A stretch of DNA of 64,000 nucleotides from Octopus vulgaris (taxonomy: Eukaryota), in assembly GCA_951406725.2 (NCBI GenBank), contig OX597818.1, forward strand, positions 80,290,001 to 80,354,000. The letters run 5' to 3'. The notes below the pieces were generated by a model that was given only the letters and a program-made list of their open reading frames with translations, did no database searches and was not told the origin of the DNA. The first letter of the stretch is position 1, and each line of letters starts with the position of its first letter. Shown piece by piece: positions 1 to 13,870 of this stretch. The translations under genes and the position numbers were made by a program.

Positions 1-241
1 ATTAGAGTAAAAAGTTGACTGTCACAAGCATCACTGACCTGGGGTTAAATAAACATGCACGCACACACAGATATACATATATGGCGACAACCATCATCAA
101 AACTATTATTATAATCGTCATCACCATCGTTGTCATCAAGGTCAAGATGACTTTAACCATAAAATATTCAATCGCTAAACGGCATCACTTTCTTAGAACA
201 CAAGCATCAAACCATTTTCGTTTGCTGCCATTGATTCAGTT

Positions 242-1560
<1,319 letters not shown>

Positions 1561-2309
1561 GTATTTATGCCTAAACTCGGAGTTTCATATACGTATATAT
1601 CCATGTAATAAAGAAACATTATGGCGGGCAAGCTATTCTTGTAATACGGGTAGGATATATGAGAACTTTATACTTAAATAATTATTTTCGAAAATCACAA
1701 AGCGAAATACTGAGTGCATCAAAAAACCAAAAAAAAAAACCCCCCCCAAAAAACGTTTTTCCACCATTTTGGATAAAAGTTTCAACACCAAACGCATGAT
1801 CTGCACAAGTTCAAATCATAATGATAACTAAAAATAACAACGGTGAAACATTAGCTATATGAAGATATTATTACCACCTGCCTAACTTCAATAGTGCGAC
1901 ATCAATGGCTGTGTAAAATATGAGCGATTTTTCTATTTCAACCTTATACGTAGTAGCAAGCCTCTAACTGAATTTGAGACCGACACGCAAATTCAATCAA
2001 ACGTTTTTTGATAGTTAACTGGACGTATGAGATAGACTGATGTCAGATAGAAGCTCACTTCTAGCATGTTTCAATAGCACATGATCAAATAAACTAATGG
2101 TATCATCATTAAGGTTTCTAATTGCGAATTTGTGAGTCATAATAGAAGGTTGATTATTAAGGCACAGGAGAAATGAGAAAAGAGAAATGAGCGAAGCCAA
2201 ACGTTGTAGTTGGTCGCGGTTCAGCTATCAGTTGTTTGCTTAGACCAGAGGTCGGCGAACCGGGGTAAATTACCCTAAGTGGAGTAACTGATTAGACTCA
2301 TTCGACATA

Positions 2310-3259
2310 CCGTATTTGACGGCATATTAGACGCACTGGCATATTAGACGCACCCTCATTTCAGCAGGTCAAATTCAGGAAAAAAAGTTTTAAGTGTATT
2401 TAAGCATATATTGTTGAAAGCAGTCTAGCAGCACATTACAAAAGCAGAAAACATTGCTGTATAAAAGCAAGCATACAAAAGGAAAGCATACAAATTACAA
2501 TAGTAATCATCTTTAATCATCTTTTTAACCAGAAAACTCTTCATCATCTTCTACACCAGAAAAGTCTTCATAATCAGCAGGCATTTTTTGAGCAATGGAT
2601 GTTTTTGTACGCATTGATAAACCCTTCCGTTTCATAAACCTGTAACACCAACCTTCTGTTCATGCAAAGTTCTGTATCCCTCGTTGTTCTGATACTCTCA
2701 TGGCCTCATGAATTATCATTTTGGTAGATACACTTCTCCCTGAGTTTCTCTCATCAAGCACCCACGTTTTTATATCATCCTCAAGTTCTGGCCAATGTGG
2801 GGCTGGGCAACGAAGGTTATGTTTACCTTTCTGTGCTCTCATCAGCTGCTCTTCTTGCTGTCGCCAGACACGTATCATTTTTTCTGTAGGTGGTGGCCCC
2901 AAAACCCTTGCTGCTGCTCTATTTCCATGCTCCTTGGCATAATCTACCACTCGTAGTTTGTAGGAGATTTTGTAGCTTGATCTTTTTGCTTCCATAGCTG
3001 TGAGGGTGCTTGTACTGTTGTAGTGTGTTTTGTTATGATCATAAATTTTGTTGTACCAAGATATCCAACCTACCTCCGTATATACACGAACTCGCAACGA
3101 TCATGTGCATTCCGTAGTTTTACTCCTCACCGTCAGATGGCATCGAGTTAGGGTTCCGATCAGCTGATATTAGTAAACGTGTATCATGGATCGCAGCCTA
3201 ACAAATTACGGTAGATTGCTTTGATTTTTACGATAATTCGTATTTTAAAGTAATAATAC

Positions 3260-3317
<58 letters not shown>

Positions 3318-3520
3318 AGCAATAAAATAATGATGCATGAGTACGGAAAATATCATTAAGGCGTTAGCGTAGGTAGAAATACTTATCGTAAGTTCGGTTA
3401 GTGAGCGTCTGGGAGAAGATTAGCCTACGGGAGGGTCTTGACTTCGCATATTAGACGCAGGGCGATTTTTTGAGCCAAACTTTTTGGAAAAAAGTGCGTC
3501 CTATATGCCGTCAAATACGG
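2310..3520 (-). mobile_element. pogo/Tc2-like DNA transposon, internal-deletion derivative
   Basis: 28-bp TIRs CCGTATTTGACGGCATATTAGACGCACT (2 mismatches), TA TSD on both sides, subterminal GCATATTAGACGCA repeats. Confidence 0.9.
2526..2995 (-). pseudogene. POGK-like transposase N-terminus (Brinker-type HTH + CENP-B HTH); DDE domain deleted
   Basis: MEAKRSSYKISYKLRVVDYAKEHGNRAAAR..WPELEDDIKTWVLDERNSG..NFA*TEGWCYRFMKRKGLSMRTKTSIAQKMPADYE, then directly an acidic C-terminal tail; stop at 2660-2662. Confidence 0.8.
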
Positions 3521-4310
3521 TAAGTAAAATTACATAAAAAATGTTCCTTGTTACGATAGAAATTTTTCTTCACTGCATGTGTCCAATGTAATCGATGTGT
3601 TCAAATGTCACGTCATTTTCTGCTACAAACAATTTGGTTGCTAAAGCGTTGCCAAGTGACTAAACAGATGTTATTTTTCAGTTGTCTATTACCCACCTTA
3701 AACTTATTTTTTGATATACGTGGTTTTGCTTTGTTTAAGTAGATTTAAGTAGTTATTCAATTCAACCCTTTAACAATATCGACTGGACCCCGAAGACTGT
3801 ATTCAAATTGCTCTGGCATCAAAATGCCCCAACTTTGATGTAATTCTAACAAAAAGGAAACATCATTTCTCCAAAATCTGAAATGAAAATGTTTCTAGAA
3901 AAATCCTTTTGTTTCATAACGAGGATATTAATTTATTTCATTACATTTGTTTCATGATTCTTTTATATTTATAATTGTATTCTCTATATAAATTGATTCA
4001 ATAAACCTTTTGAATTCAAAGAATCTATGATTTTTTCCCTTTCAAATCAAGGGGTGTAAAGTCGGCGTAAATAAGTATATTTTGGAGTAATTGATTTAAA
4101 AGTTCCTCGATTCCTGGCTTAGACAGTTAGGTGTGTTAACAATGAGATTTTGCACCATGGACAATCTGAGTTGCTATCAACTTTACTATGGTAGAGGACA
4201 TTCGCAATCCACTCATTCTTTCATTTTCTCTGACTCTGTCTGTCTGTCTCTGTCTCTCTGTCTCTCTCTGTATCTGTCTGTCTGTCTGTCTTTCTTTCTC
4301 TGTATGTATT

Positions 4311-4356
<46 letters not shown>

Positions 4357-5349
4357 ACGTCCTTGCATTAACTGGCTAAGTCAAATTGACTACAATCGCC
4401 TACTAAGCATAACTATAGAACTAATCAACAATATCAATGTATGGAAAAGGAATTTATATCCTTCTTCCCCCTTGTTCTCTAACGAGCCGTCATGTCCAAT
4501 ATGCTGTCTTTACCAGCGTATAAGATGCATTACTATTTTACAAGCATACTTTGTGAAAAAAAGAAAAAACGTGTTTCATCATACATATGTTGAAAAACTT
4601 TTTTAAAGGGTATTGCTGGGGAAAATGTAGAACTTTGTTCATGTAAATGCTTTGTGACAGTATACTGAAATAAAGTATGAAACTATAAATTTATTATAAA
4701 TAAAATACGTTATAGGACTACTGTGTCTCAAGTTTATCTTCCTTCAGATCAAATGTAAGGTTATTTATACTCTGGTCAAGTGAATTGTCAAACAAGATGT
4801 GGGACTCGTATTTCTGGTGCTGATACATTATATAACTGCTATTGGTCGTTGTCATCCATTCATTGCGAGTAGCTAACAAGTAGGTGCAAGTGTATTAGGA
4901 TTCCTTTCATCTTTAATGAGAATTTTTCCCTTTCTTAAAAGTAATACAGTTACTAAATAATATAAGACACCTATCAAGTATGGGTTATGTATTCTGAGAC
5001 AGGAGGTATACTGAGAAGTTGTAACCTACCCATATAACTGTCGACGTATCGTAAGCAAATTTTCGTACTTTTGCGCTGACAGTTTATGATAGTTTGGCTC
5101 ATTTTCAATATTTTATCATTCGTAACAAATATTGCGCCTAACGGATTAATGTTCATCCGGCTCTGTAGCCTACAACACTCAGTCTCCCATCCATTATACG
5201 GCTGCAATTTTGATGTATTAAAAAAGAAAGCGCGTCTTACACGCCTACATATACGGTTATCATTTTAAAAATAAACATATTTTGATGAACTGAAACCACA
5301 ACTCCTCTTACATCTACTTTCAATTCGTCTTATAGTTAAAAACATGACG

Positions 5350-6510
5350 AGGCCAGAATCTTTGAGGAGCATTGGTTAGTGATGAAATCAACTCCAGTAT
5401 ATGATTAGTATTTTATTTTATCAACCACTAATAAATGAAAGTCAAGGCTGTCTAGGTAGAATTTGAAATCGGAATATAAAATGTCTGAACAAATATAGCA
5501 TTTTTCTGGTGTTTTAGCGGTTCTGCTAATCCACTGCCCTAATTTAATAATAATCCCTTTCTTCTATTAGCACAAGGCCTGAAATTTTGGGGGACGGAAC
5601 TAGTCGATTACATCGACTAAAGTGCTTGACTGGTACTTATCTAATCGACCCCGAAAAAATGAAAGGTAAAGTTGACCTCGGCAGAATTTGATCTCAGAAC
5701 GCGAAGCCGCTAAATATTTTATCAGGCGCTCATGATTCTGCCAGCTCGCCACTTTAGTAACAATAATTTCCGATTTAGGCACAAGGACAAGTCGATACCA
5801 TCGACCCAAGCTCTTGACCGGTACTTCACTTTATCAACATTGGAAGTTAACCTCGGTCGGATTTGAACTCAAAGCGTAAAGTAACGGAACAAATAGCAGG
5901 GAATGAGTAAATGAACGCTACACAGACACAGTGAGAAACAAAACACTTCACTTCAAGTTGCTCCAGGCCACTCAGCTGCAAACGTGTAACTCTGCGACGG
6001 ACTGGCGTTTCCGTTCAGAGGGATTGTCGGCCTGCCTGCCTAACTAATGAGATGACGTCATACGAAAGCCACAACTATGCAAGGAAGCGCATTGTGACCA
6101 GCGGTGTATAGAAACATCCGATAGTTTAGTAGATAGAGGCACGCATACACACACACACACACACAGAATCAAACATACACACGCACACACTCTCACAGAA
6201 TGTGGGGTAGTGTGTGAATTTCCATTATATAAAAAATCAACAGAGAGTAATTTTGTTTTCATTTGTTTATTTTACTTTTTGTATATTGTTTTATCTAGTC
6301 TTATATCTTAGATGTATCGGAAGTAATAAACACGTGACAGCGAGCAGGCAGAATCGTTAGCACACCATGGAAAATGCTTGGTGGCATTTCTTTACACTCT
6401 GAGTTCAAATCCTGCCGAGATCGCTTTAGCCTTTCGGGATTGAGTAATTAAGTACCAGTCAAGCACTGGAGGTCTATGTAATCGACTATCTCCCTCCACA
6501 CAAATTCCAG
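5350..6510. mobile_element. Cluster of decayed tRNA-derived SINE fragments
   Basis: Partial matches to the SINE families seen intact elsewhere in the window (GAAAGG.AAAGT.GACCTCGGC.GAATTTGA; GTTGCTCCAG..CACTCAGCTG). Confidence 0.7.
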
Positions 6511-6619
6511 GATATTAAGTTAATTAATATTTATCGTTTGAAAATTAGTATTTATTTCATCATTTTGTATAAGCACAAAGAAATTTAATAAAAGTTAAAC
6601 TATAATTACACTGGTTCAG

Positions 6620-6925
6620 TGTCATCGGGCTGACAATCGTGGGGTTGTGAGTTCGATTCCTGGACCAGTTCTTGAGCAAGACACTTTATTTCGCGTTGCT
6701 CCAGTTCACTCAGCTGTGGAAATGAGTTGCGATGTCACAGGTGCCAAGCTGTATCGGTCTTTGCCTTTCCCTTGGATAACATCGGTGGAATGGAGAAGGA
6801 AGCCTGGTATGCATGGGCGACTGCTGGTCTTCCGTAAACAACCTTACCCGGACTTGTGCCTAGGAGGGGAACTTTCTAAGTGCAATCCCATGGTCATTCG
6901 TGATTGAAGGTGGTCTTTACCCTTT
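6620..6925 (+). mobile_element. tRNA-derived SINE (Deu/Nin-domain-like body)
   Basis: B-box GAGTTCGATTCC, then TTCTTGAGCAAGACACTT and GTTGCTCCAGTTCACTCAGCTG shared with the 9478 copy. Confidence 0.7.
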
Positions 6926-6998
6926 AACACTGTAACAAAATGTTTGCTTATTTTTTTATTATCTTTGGTCAGTAAGTTTTATTTCCGGTGGACCTGGC

Positions 6999-9110
6999 GC
7001 ACAGTCCCCCCCCCCACCTTCCTAAAACCGACCTTTCCGATTTTTTGTCAGCGAATTCCTATGTCTTCGATGACGGAGATTCCGAATATGCAAAAAACCA
7101 CGTTTTCAAAACTTTAAATTAAAAAATTTTGATTTTTGACTTTTTTTTAATAAATTTCCTTTTTCAATCTACGTAAAAAATACGGAGATTAAGAATAGGG
7201 GGGGGATTAATAGGGTTACGATTAGGGTTAGTATTTGGTGTGTATGGTACTATTGTAAATAATTACTAATTTTTTATACAGTTACAATTTTGTTTATCAA
7301 CAACCAACCTTTGTGTGAAAGTGTTTGTGTGAATGCACGCGCAACAGGACCGTACACAGAAATTTTGTTTCAGAAAAATACTTCTTAAATACCTTGCCGT
7401 CAATTCGTTGGATTAATACTACAAGTTTAGGCATTGGCTCAGCACCTATGTTTGTGTTCTTTATTTAAAAATGATAAAAACCTCAACATAATTCCAAAAT
7501 GGGACTTCATCCATGTGTATCCGCGTGCGTATATGTGCAGGTGTGTCTGTGTGTGTGTGGGGGGTGTAGAGGTTAGTGCTCAAGAAAAACTTTTACGGAA
7601 ATGTACTTATAAAAATTATTTAAAAATAAGTTATCTTTATATGCCGTGTTTGCAATTCTCCATATAGATGATAGGAAAGTGTGTATCAAATGAAATGAAA
7701 ATCTTGGTTCAGTGACAGATCGATCAAGTTAGTAAAGTTTTAACGTTTTTGGTAACAACATATTCTCTCTTCTATAGAAAACAAGAGAAAATGCTACCCT
7801 CTCTTTTGCAGGAGAAATTAATTTTGGCAGTAGGAGCTGAACTGCTTTTTTCTTACCCTCCTGAACCTCAAATTTTCACATCTATGTTAGTTTTAATGCC
7901 AAGCGCCAACTTATTTTCGTGTTGTGTTTATATACAAGTTTTAAAGTTTAAACTTTTACTGACTTGATCGATCTGTCACTGAACCAGGATTTTAATTTCA
8001 TTTGATACATACTTTGCTATCATTTATATGGAGAATTGCAAACATGGCATATAAAGATAACTTATTTTAATAGAATTTTTATGAGTACATTTCCGTAAAT
8101 GTTTTTCTTGCGCACTAACCTCCCCACCACATACACCTGCACATATACGCACGCGAATACACATAGATGAAGTCCTATTTTTAAAATTATTTTTTATTAT
8201 TTTGGAATGAAGGATGCAAACATAAGTGCTGAGCCAGTGACTAAAATTGTAGCATCTTGTTGGGGTTAATCCAATGAATTGACAGCGAGGTATGTAAGAA
8301 GTACTTTTCTGAAGCAAAATTTCAATAACACCATACTCGCTAAATACTAACCATAATCGTAACCCTAAACCTTAAATTCGTTTACAGCACATCCAATAAC
8401 ATAAAAATCACGCTTCAAAATAGTGTTTAGCGCGTATGGTGTAATTGTAAATAATTACCCAAAAATTTCATGATTTTAGCGGGTGCAGAGTTTATCTTTA
8501 CTTTAAAAAATGTGGAGAGGTGGATGGGTCGTAGATGTATGACGGAGAATTATTCAATATCGTGTTTGCTTCTATCAGAATCGTTTACCTTTAAAGCGAA
8601 AAAACAAAACCGACGTATACGAATAAGTATATAAAACATATTTCTGTGTACTTTCTCTGTTCATTCGGATTAGGTGTAGAAATTGCTGCGCGTGCGCTCA
8701 CACAAATCTCCAGACATTTAGCTGTTAATTTTAGCATATCGAGTTGCGTGGTGAGGGCTTCACATGCCGTGATCCTTTTGTTGTTTCACTATAAATCTGC
8801 GCATGCGCAAACAATCGTTCATTTTCACCGGGATGGAGTGGCGAGGGGTGTGTAGACTAATTTTGAAGTTCTTCATAGAAAATTTGAAATTAATTTTTTT
8901 TTCTATATTCTTAATCTCTATTTTTCCTCGTAGATTGAAAGAGAAAATTTCTAAAAAAAAGTTTAAAATTAAAAATTTGGTGGGAGCAGGAAATTAAAAA
9001 TTTAGAAAACGTTATTTCTTGTATATTCGGAATCTCCGTCATCGAAGACATAGGAATTTGCTGGAAAAAAATCGCAATCGTCGGATTTGGTGGGGTGGGG
9101 GTGACTGTGC
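6999..9110. mobile_element. Foldback-type non-autonomous DNA element with nested inverted arms
   Basis: Ends GCACAGTC/GACTGTGC; outer arms ~6999-7200 vs ~8890-9110; inner arms ~7360-7744 vs ~7950-8322; ORFs 7434+ and 8024- share the C-terminus YLYMPCLQFSI. Confidence 0.85.
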
Positions 9111-9477
9111 CTTATTTCTTATTTGTTTCAAACGACATGACTTTTATTCCCTTCAAACTTTGCTTTTGTGACTTGGACATCAATGTTTTGAAACTGAACT
9201 ATTTTCCATTACATTTCTGACAGATTCAACATTGAGTTGAAACAGAAATATCGTTATAACAAATATTCTGCTCAATACCACAGATTTGCTTGTTAGTTGC
9301 TTGACCATAACCACTTGAGCCATGTCCCTTCGTGTGTAATAATATGTACATCTCTGGTTATGAGCAGGGGTAGTGGGGGTGCAACATAGCCATGTGTTGG
9401 GAGAGATTTTTTGGGGTTTGAATAAATATAGCAAAAGCAAAATTCGAAGGAAATATTCATAATTTATAATACTTTCT

Positions 9478-9736
9478 GTGGAAGCGCGTGGCTTAGTGGT
9501 TAGCGTGTCAGCACCATGATCGCAAGATTGTGGTTTCGATTCCTGGACCGGGCAACGCGTTGTGTTCTTGAGCAAAACACTTCATTTCATGTTGCTCCAG
9601 TCCACTCAGCTGGCAAAAGTGAGTAGCGTTGCGATGGACTGGCGTTCCGTCCAGCTGGGGAACATATACGCCATAGAAACAGGGAAACCGGGCCCATGAG
9701 TCTAGTTAGGCTTTAAAAGGGCGCATTTATTTTTAT
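9478..9736 (+). mobile_element. Full-length tRNA-derived SINE (Deu/Nin-like)
   Basis: A-box TGGCTTAGTGG, B-box GTTTCGATTCC, 15-bp TSD TTTATAATACTTTCT (9463-9477; 9737-9751). Confidence 0.9.
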
Positions 9737-10145
9737 TTTATAATACTTTCTAGGGGTAAGCAAATGACAGTTGCTATCCAAGGACAAACATCGTGTAACA
9801 CAGTGTTGGTATACGTATGTCATATTTTCTTAAAATACCCATGTCGGTAAAAGTATACTTCCAAAGTTGACCGTTTTTATGACGAGTAATATGTTAGTAA
9901 TTAAAAAAGTAGACACCAGCTGCCTGACTTAAAACTTTAAAAAAGACGACATCGGTAGCAGCACACACCATACCCAACTCTGCTCGATACATTTTTTTTA
10001 GTTGTAAAAATACCACAGAAACAGATGAAAGTCTTGCTTAGAATAAAACACAATAGAATGAACTGGAATGCAAGAGGAGTGATGATATTGAAAATCTATA
10101 TGTTATTGGTGATATTGAATGCCGATTTCTTATCTAACGCCCTGA

Positions 10146-10760
<615 letters not shown>

Positions 10761-11192
10761 TATGTGTACATACAGACATACACTAAAGCACCTATTTATA
10801 AATATACGCTTTTTATGAATCTCGTTTGATCTTCAATCGAGTAAAAAAAAATATATAAAAAAAAACGAAACAAAACAAAGCAAAAAAAATTACCTCAGTT
10901 ATTGGATAATACTGAATATTACTAGATATTGATGATAGATATTTGAAGACGGCCATACTTGTTTTCTCTTATAAAACGGAGGCCTTAAATATATCATTAT
11001 TAAGCAAGAAAATTTCTTTGCTATTCTAGGGATATTCATGGAATTATTGGCATACATACATGAACAGGCATTTATTCCCACGCATACATAAACACGTGAA
11101 CACATATACACACATGCACACAGAGTACATAAAAATGTGCACAAATTCAAGCGCCTCTGTCTTCGTGCACATTTTTTCAGATGCGTCTCACT

Positions 11193-11257
<65 letters not shown>

Positions 11258-11455
11258 GGGGATGCGTTGGATTCAGGGTCTTAGAAGTAAAAGAGCCCAA
11301 GTTATACTTATCCATAAAGCTACGTTCGACGATTGTTAATTTACCTCTCCCCATTTGGATGGTTCTTCCAAGATATGTGTGAGTGTGTGTGTGTCTGTGT
11401 GTGTGCATGTGTGTGTGTATGTGTGTGTATGTATGTGTATGTGTGTGTGTGTACG

Positions 11456-11495
<40 letters not shown>

Positions 11496-11518
11496 TGTAT
11501 ATCTGTAACATATGTATA

Positions 11519-12933
11519 CGAGGGTCAGCTGAAAAGTTCATAGGCTGACCAAGATACTCTTATGAAATGTTACCAAATGAGGCTTATTTTTCAATATAGT
11601 CCCCCTTGAGCTCCCTGCACTACTTCCAATGGTGTTGCAGTGCTTGGATCCTATTGATGAAGAAATTTTCATCCTGAGGGTAAAAAGAAAGTTATCAACA
11701 TCAAATATGAAATCATCCTCACTGAGATACTGGTTCCCAGCCAAGTGTTTTTCCATGACGGGAAACAGATGATAATCAGACAATGTTCAATCAGCTTAAA
11801 GCCACAGTCACGCACAGTAGTCATTGAAACCAACGATTTGTGTACTGGAGCATTGTCTTGATGAAACATGATCCCTTTCGTCAGTTTTCCTAGGCATTTA
11901 GTCTTGACAGCCTTTCGTAACTGCCTCAACAAGTTGGCATCGTACTCTCCATTGATGGTGTGGCCTTTTTCAAGTTATTCAATAAACGCAATGTTTTTTG
12001 CATCCCAAAAAACTGAGGCCATCACCTTCTCTGAATATGAAACGACCCTAGCCTACTTTAGAACAGGTGAGGAAGGATGCCTCCACTGCATAGATTGTCT
12101 GTTTGTCTCTGGCTCAAACTGATGAAGCCAACACTCAGCCTGGGTTAGGAAACGTTCGAGGAAACCAGCTGGATCTGCCTGAAACAATGTCAGATTTTCC
12201 CATGATGTGATCAAGTGTCAGAAGACGTGGCACTGTTATATCGCAATACTACACAGTGGTTGTGTGAGCTACGAAATCCTCGTCGCCACTGTTATGTCGC
12301 ACATTCGGATGCCTTCTACTCAACTCTACTCTCATCGCTACTCTACTGTGCTCTGTGCTCTCACCGCTACTCTGCTTCTACTCTCCGACGCCTAGGCTTC
12401 TCCTACTATATCTACGTATTGGGCTAGCCTACTTCATCGTCTGGGGCGTCACACAACAGGCACCCACTGAGATAAACCTTCGTCATGTCAAGCTCATTGA
12501 GCAGAATATTCTCAACTCTCTCATAGGATATACTAACAGCATTGGATATTTTATCTATAGTCAATTGCCTCTCATTGATCACCATGGGATGAACACAATC
12601 AATGTTTTCCTCGGTGGTGACAGTTGCAGAACGTCCAAGACTCCCATTTTCTCTTAAATTCAAGTGCCTCCTTTTGCACTGTTGGTAAGCCTGGAGTGTC
12701 ATCCCTTAATGTAGCAACATTGTCAGTATAAACGTCGTTGGGGGCTGAACCCTTTTCCAACAGGTACTTGATAACATGACGATGCCAAATTCTGTCCATT
12801 TTCAAGAGTCGTTAATAGTTTCTTTTGAGGTGTTCTTTAAACTGTCAGATGTCAGTTTACCTGGCAAGAAACAATGCAGTTATTCATAAGAACTGTTGAA
12901 ATTAATGCATGCAAGATTTCATAGCTCTAGTAT
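11519..12933 (-). mobile_element. Decayed mariner (DD34D) element
   Basis: TA-CGAGGGTCAGCTGAAAAGTTC terminus; fragments MDRIWHRHVIKYL, QWVPRLLT, SVFWDAK, FHQDNAPVHKS, SDYHLFP, KGDYIEK*; other end lost at a SINE. Confidence 0.9.
12234..12458. mobile_element. Solo LTR (225 bp) inserted in the mariner WVPRLL motif
   Basis: TGTT...AACA termini, 5-bp TSD GGCAC (12229-12233; 12459-12463); removing it restores QWVPRLLT. Confidence 0.8.
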
Positions 12934-13053
12934 CATGGTTCCGGGTTCAGTCCCGCTGCGTGGCACCTTGGCCTAGTGTCTTCTACTATAGCCTCGGGCC
13001 GACCAAAGCCTTATGAGTGGATTAGGTAGATGGAAACTGAAAGAAGCCCGTCG

Positions 13054-13098
<45 letters not shown>

Positions 13099-13272
13099 TT
13101 GACAACCGATGTTGGTGTGTTCACGTCACCGTAACATAGCGGTTCGGCTAAAGAGACCGATAGAATAGGCACTAAGCTTACAAAGAATAAGTCCTGAGGT
13201 CGATTTGTTCGACTAAAGGCGGTGCTCCAGCATGGCCACAGTAAAATGACTGAAACAAATAAAACAAAAGAA
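12934..13272 (+). mobile_element. CORE-type tRNA SINE with central microsatellite, 5'-truncated
   Basis: GGGTTCAGTCCC..CACCTTGG..ACGGAAACTGAAAGAAGCCCGTCG-(TA/TG)n-..GCTCCAGCATGGCC..TGACTGAAAC, matching other copies in the window. Confidence 0.85.
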
Positions 13273-13870
13273 TAAAAAAATATATTTACATATATGTATG
13301 TGTGTGTATGCATATACACGTATTACATATATGCATATGCACACACGCGTATATATGCATACATATATGTATATACTTATATAACTGTTCATATACGTAT
13401 ACATTTATGTATATATATATCTATAATTATGTATATAATAATGTTCACAGATACTCTTTAACAAATCAATTATTCCTTCTCTATCAGAACCAGTAAGTTG
13501 AGTAATAGTCAAGCAGTTCACTGATCTCTACTGTATCTGACGTACACCTGACCAGAGTTGACTGGACAGGTGACAAGCTTATGACGAAAGTCTATAACAT
13601 CAATAGCTAACTAAAATAGGAAATAACTGCGTCATAATTAATTAACAGTGCAGCGATTTCTATTGGATAATTGTCAAAAGAATGACATTGGCAACGCCGT
13701 CTGAAGTGTATGTTGTTGAAAGTTTGAGATGAACTTCAAACGAAATTCTATCTCTATAAATAACACTTTCTACTGTGTATATAAGAATATAACACTTTCT
13801 GGTTTGTTTGCTTGTTTGTTAGTTTATTTGTTTGTTTGTTTGTTTGTATGTTTGTATGTATGTATGTATG

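Larger units (their letters stand above)
2246..4116. mobile_element. Non-autonomous hAT-like element, interrupted by a pogo-like insertion
   Basis: Perfect 8-bp TSD GCTTAGAC (2238-2245; 4117-4124); degenerate TIRs CAGAGGTCGGCGAAC / GTTCCTCGATTCCTG. Confidence 0.75.

Noticed and set aside
7205-7232. Telomeric array
   Set aside because: Only two TAGGGTTA units inside a foldback element
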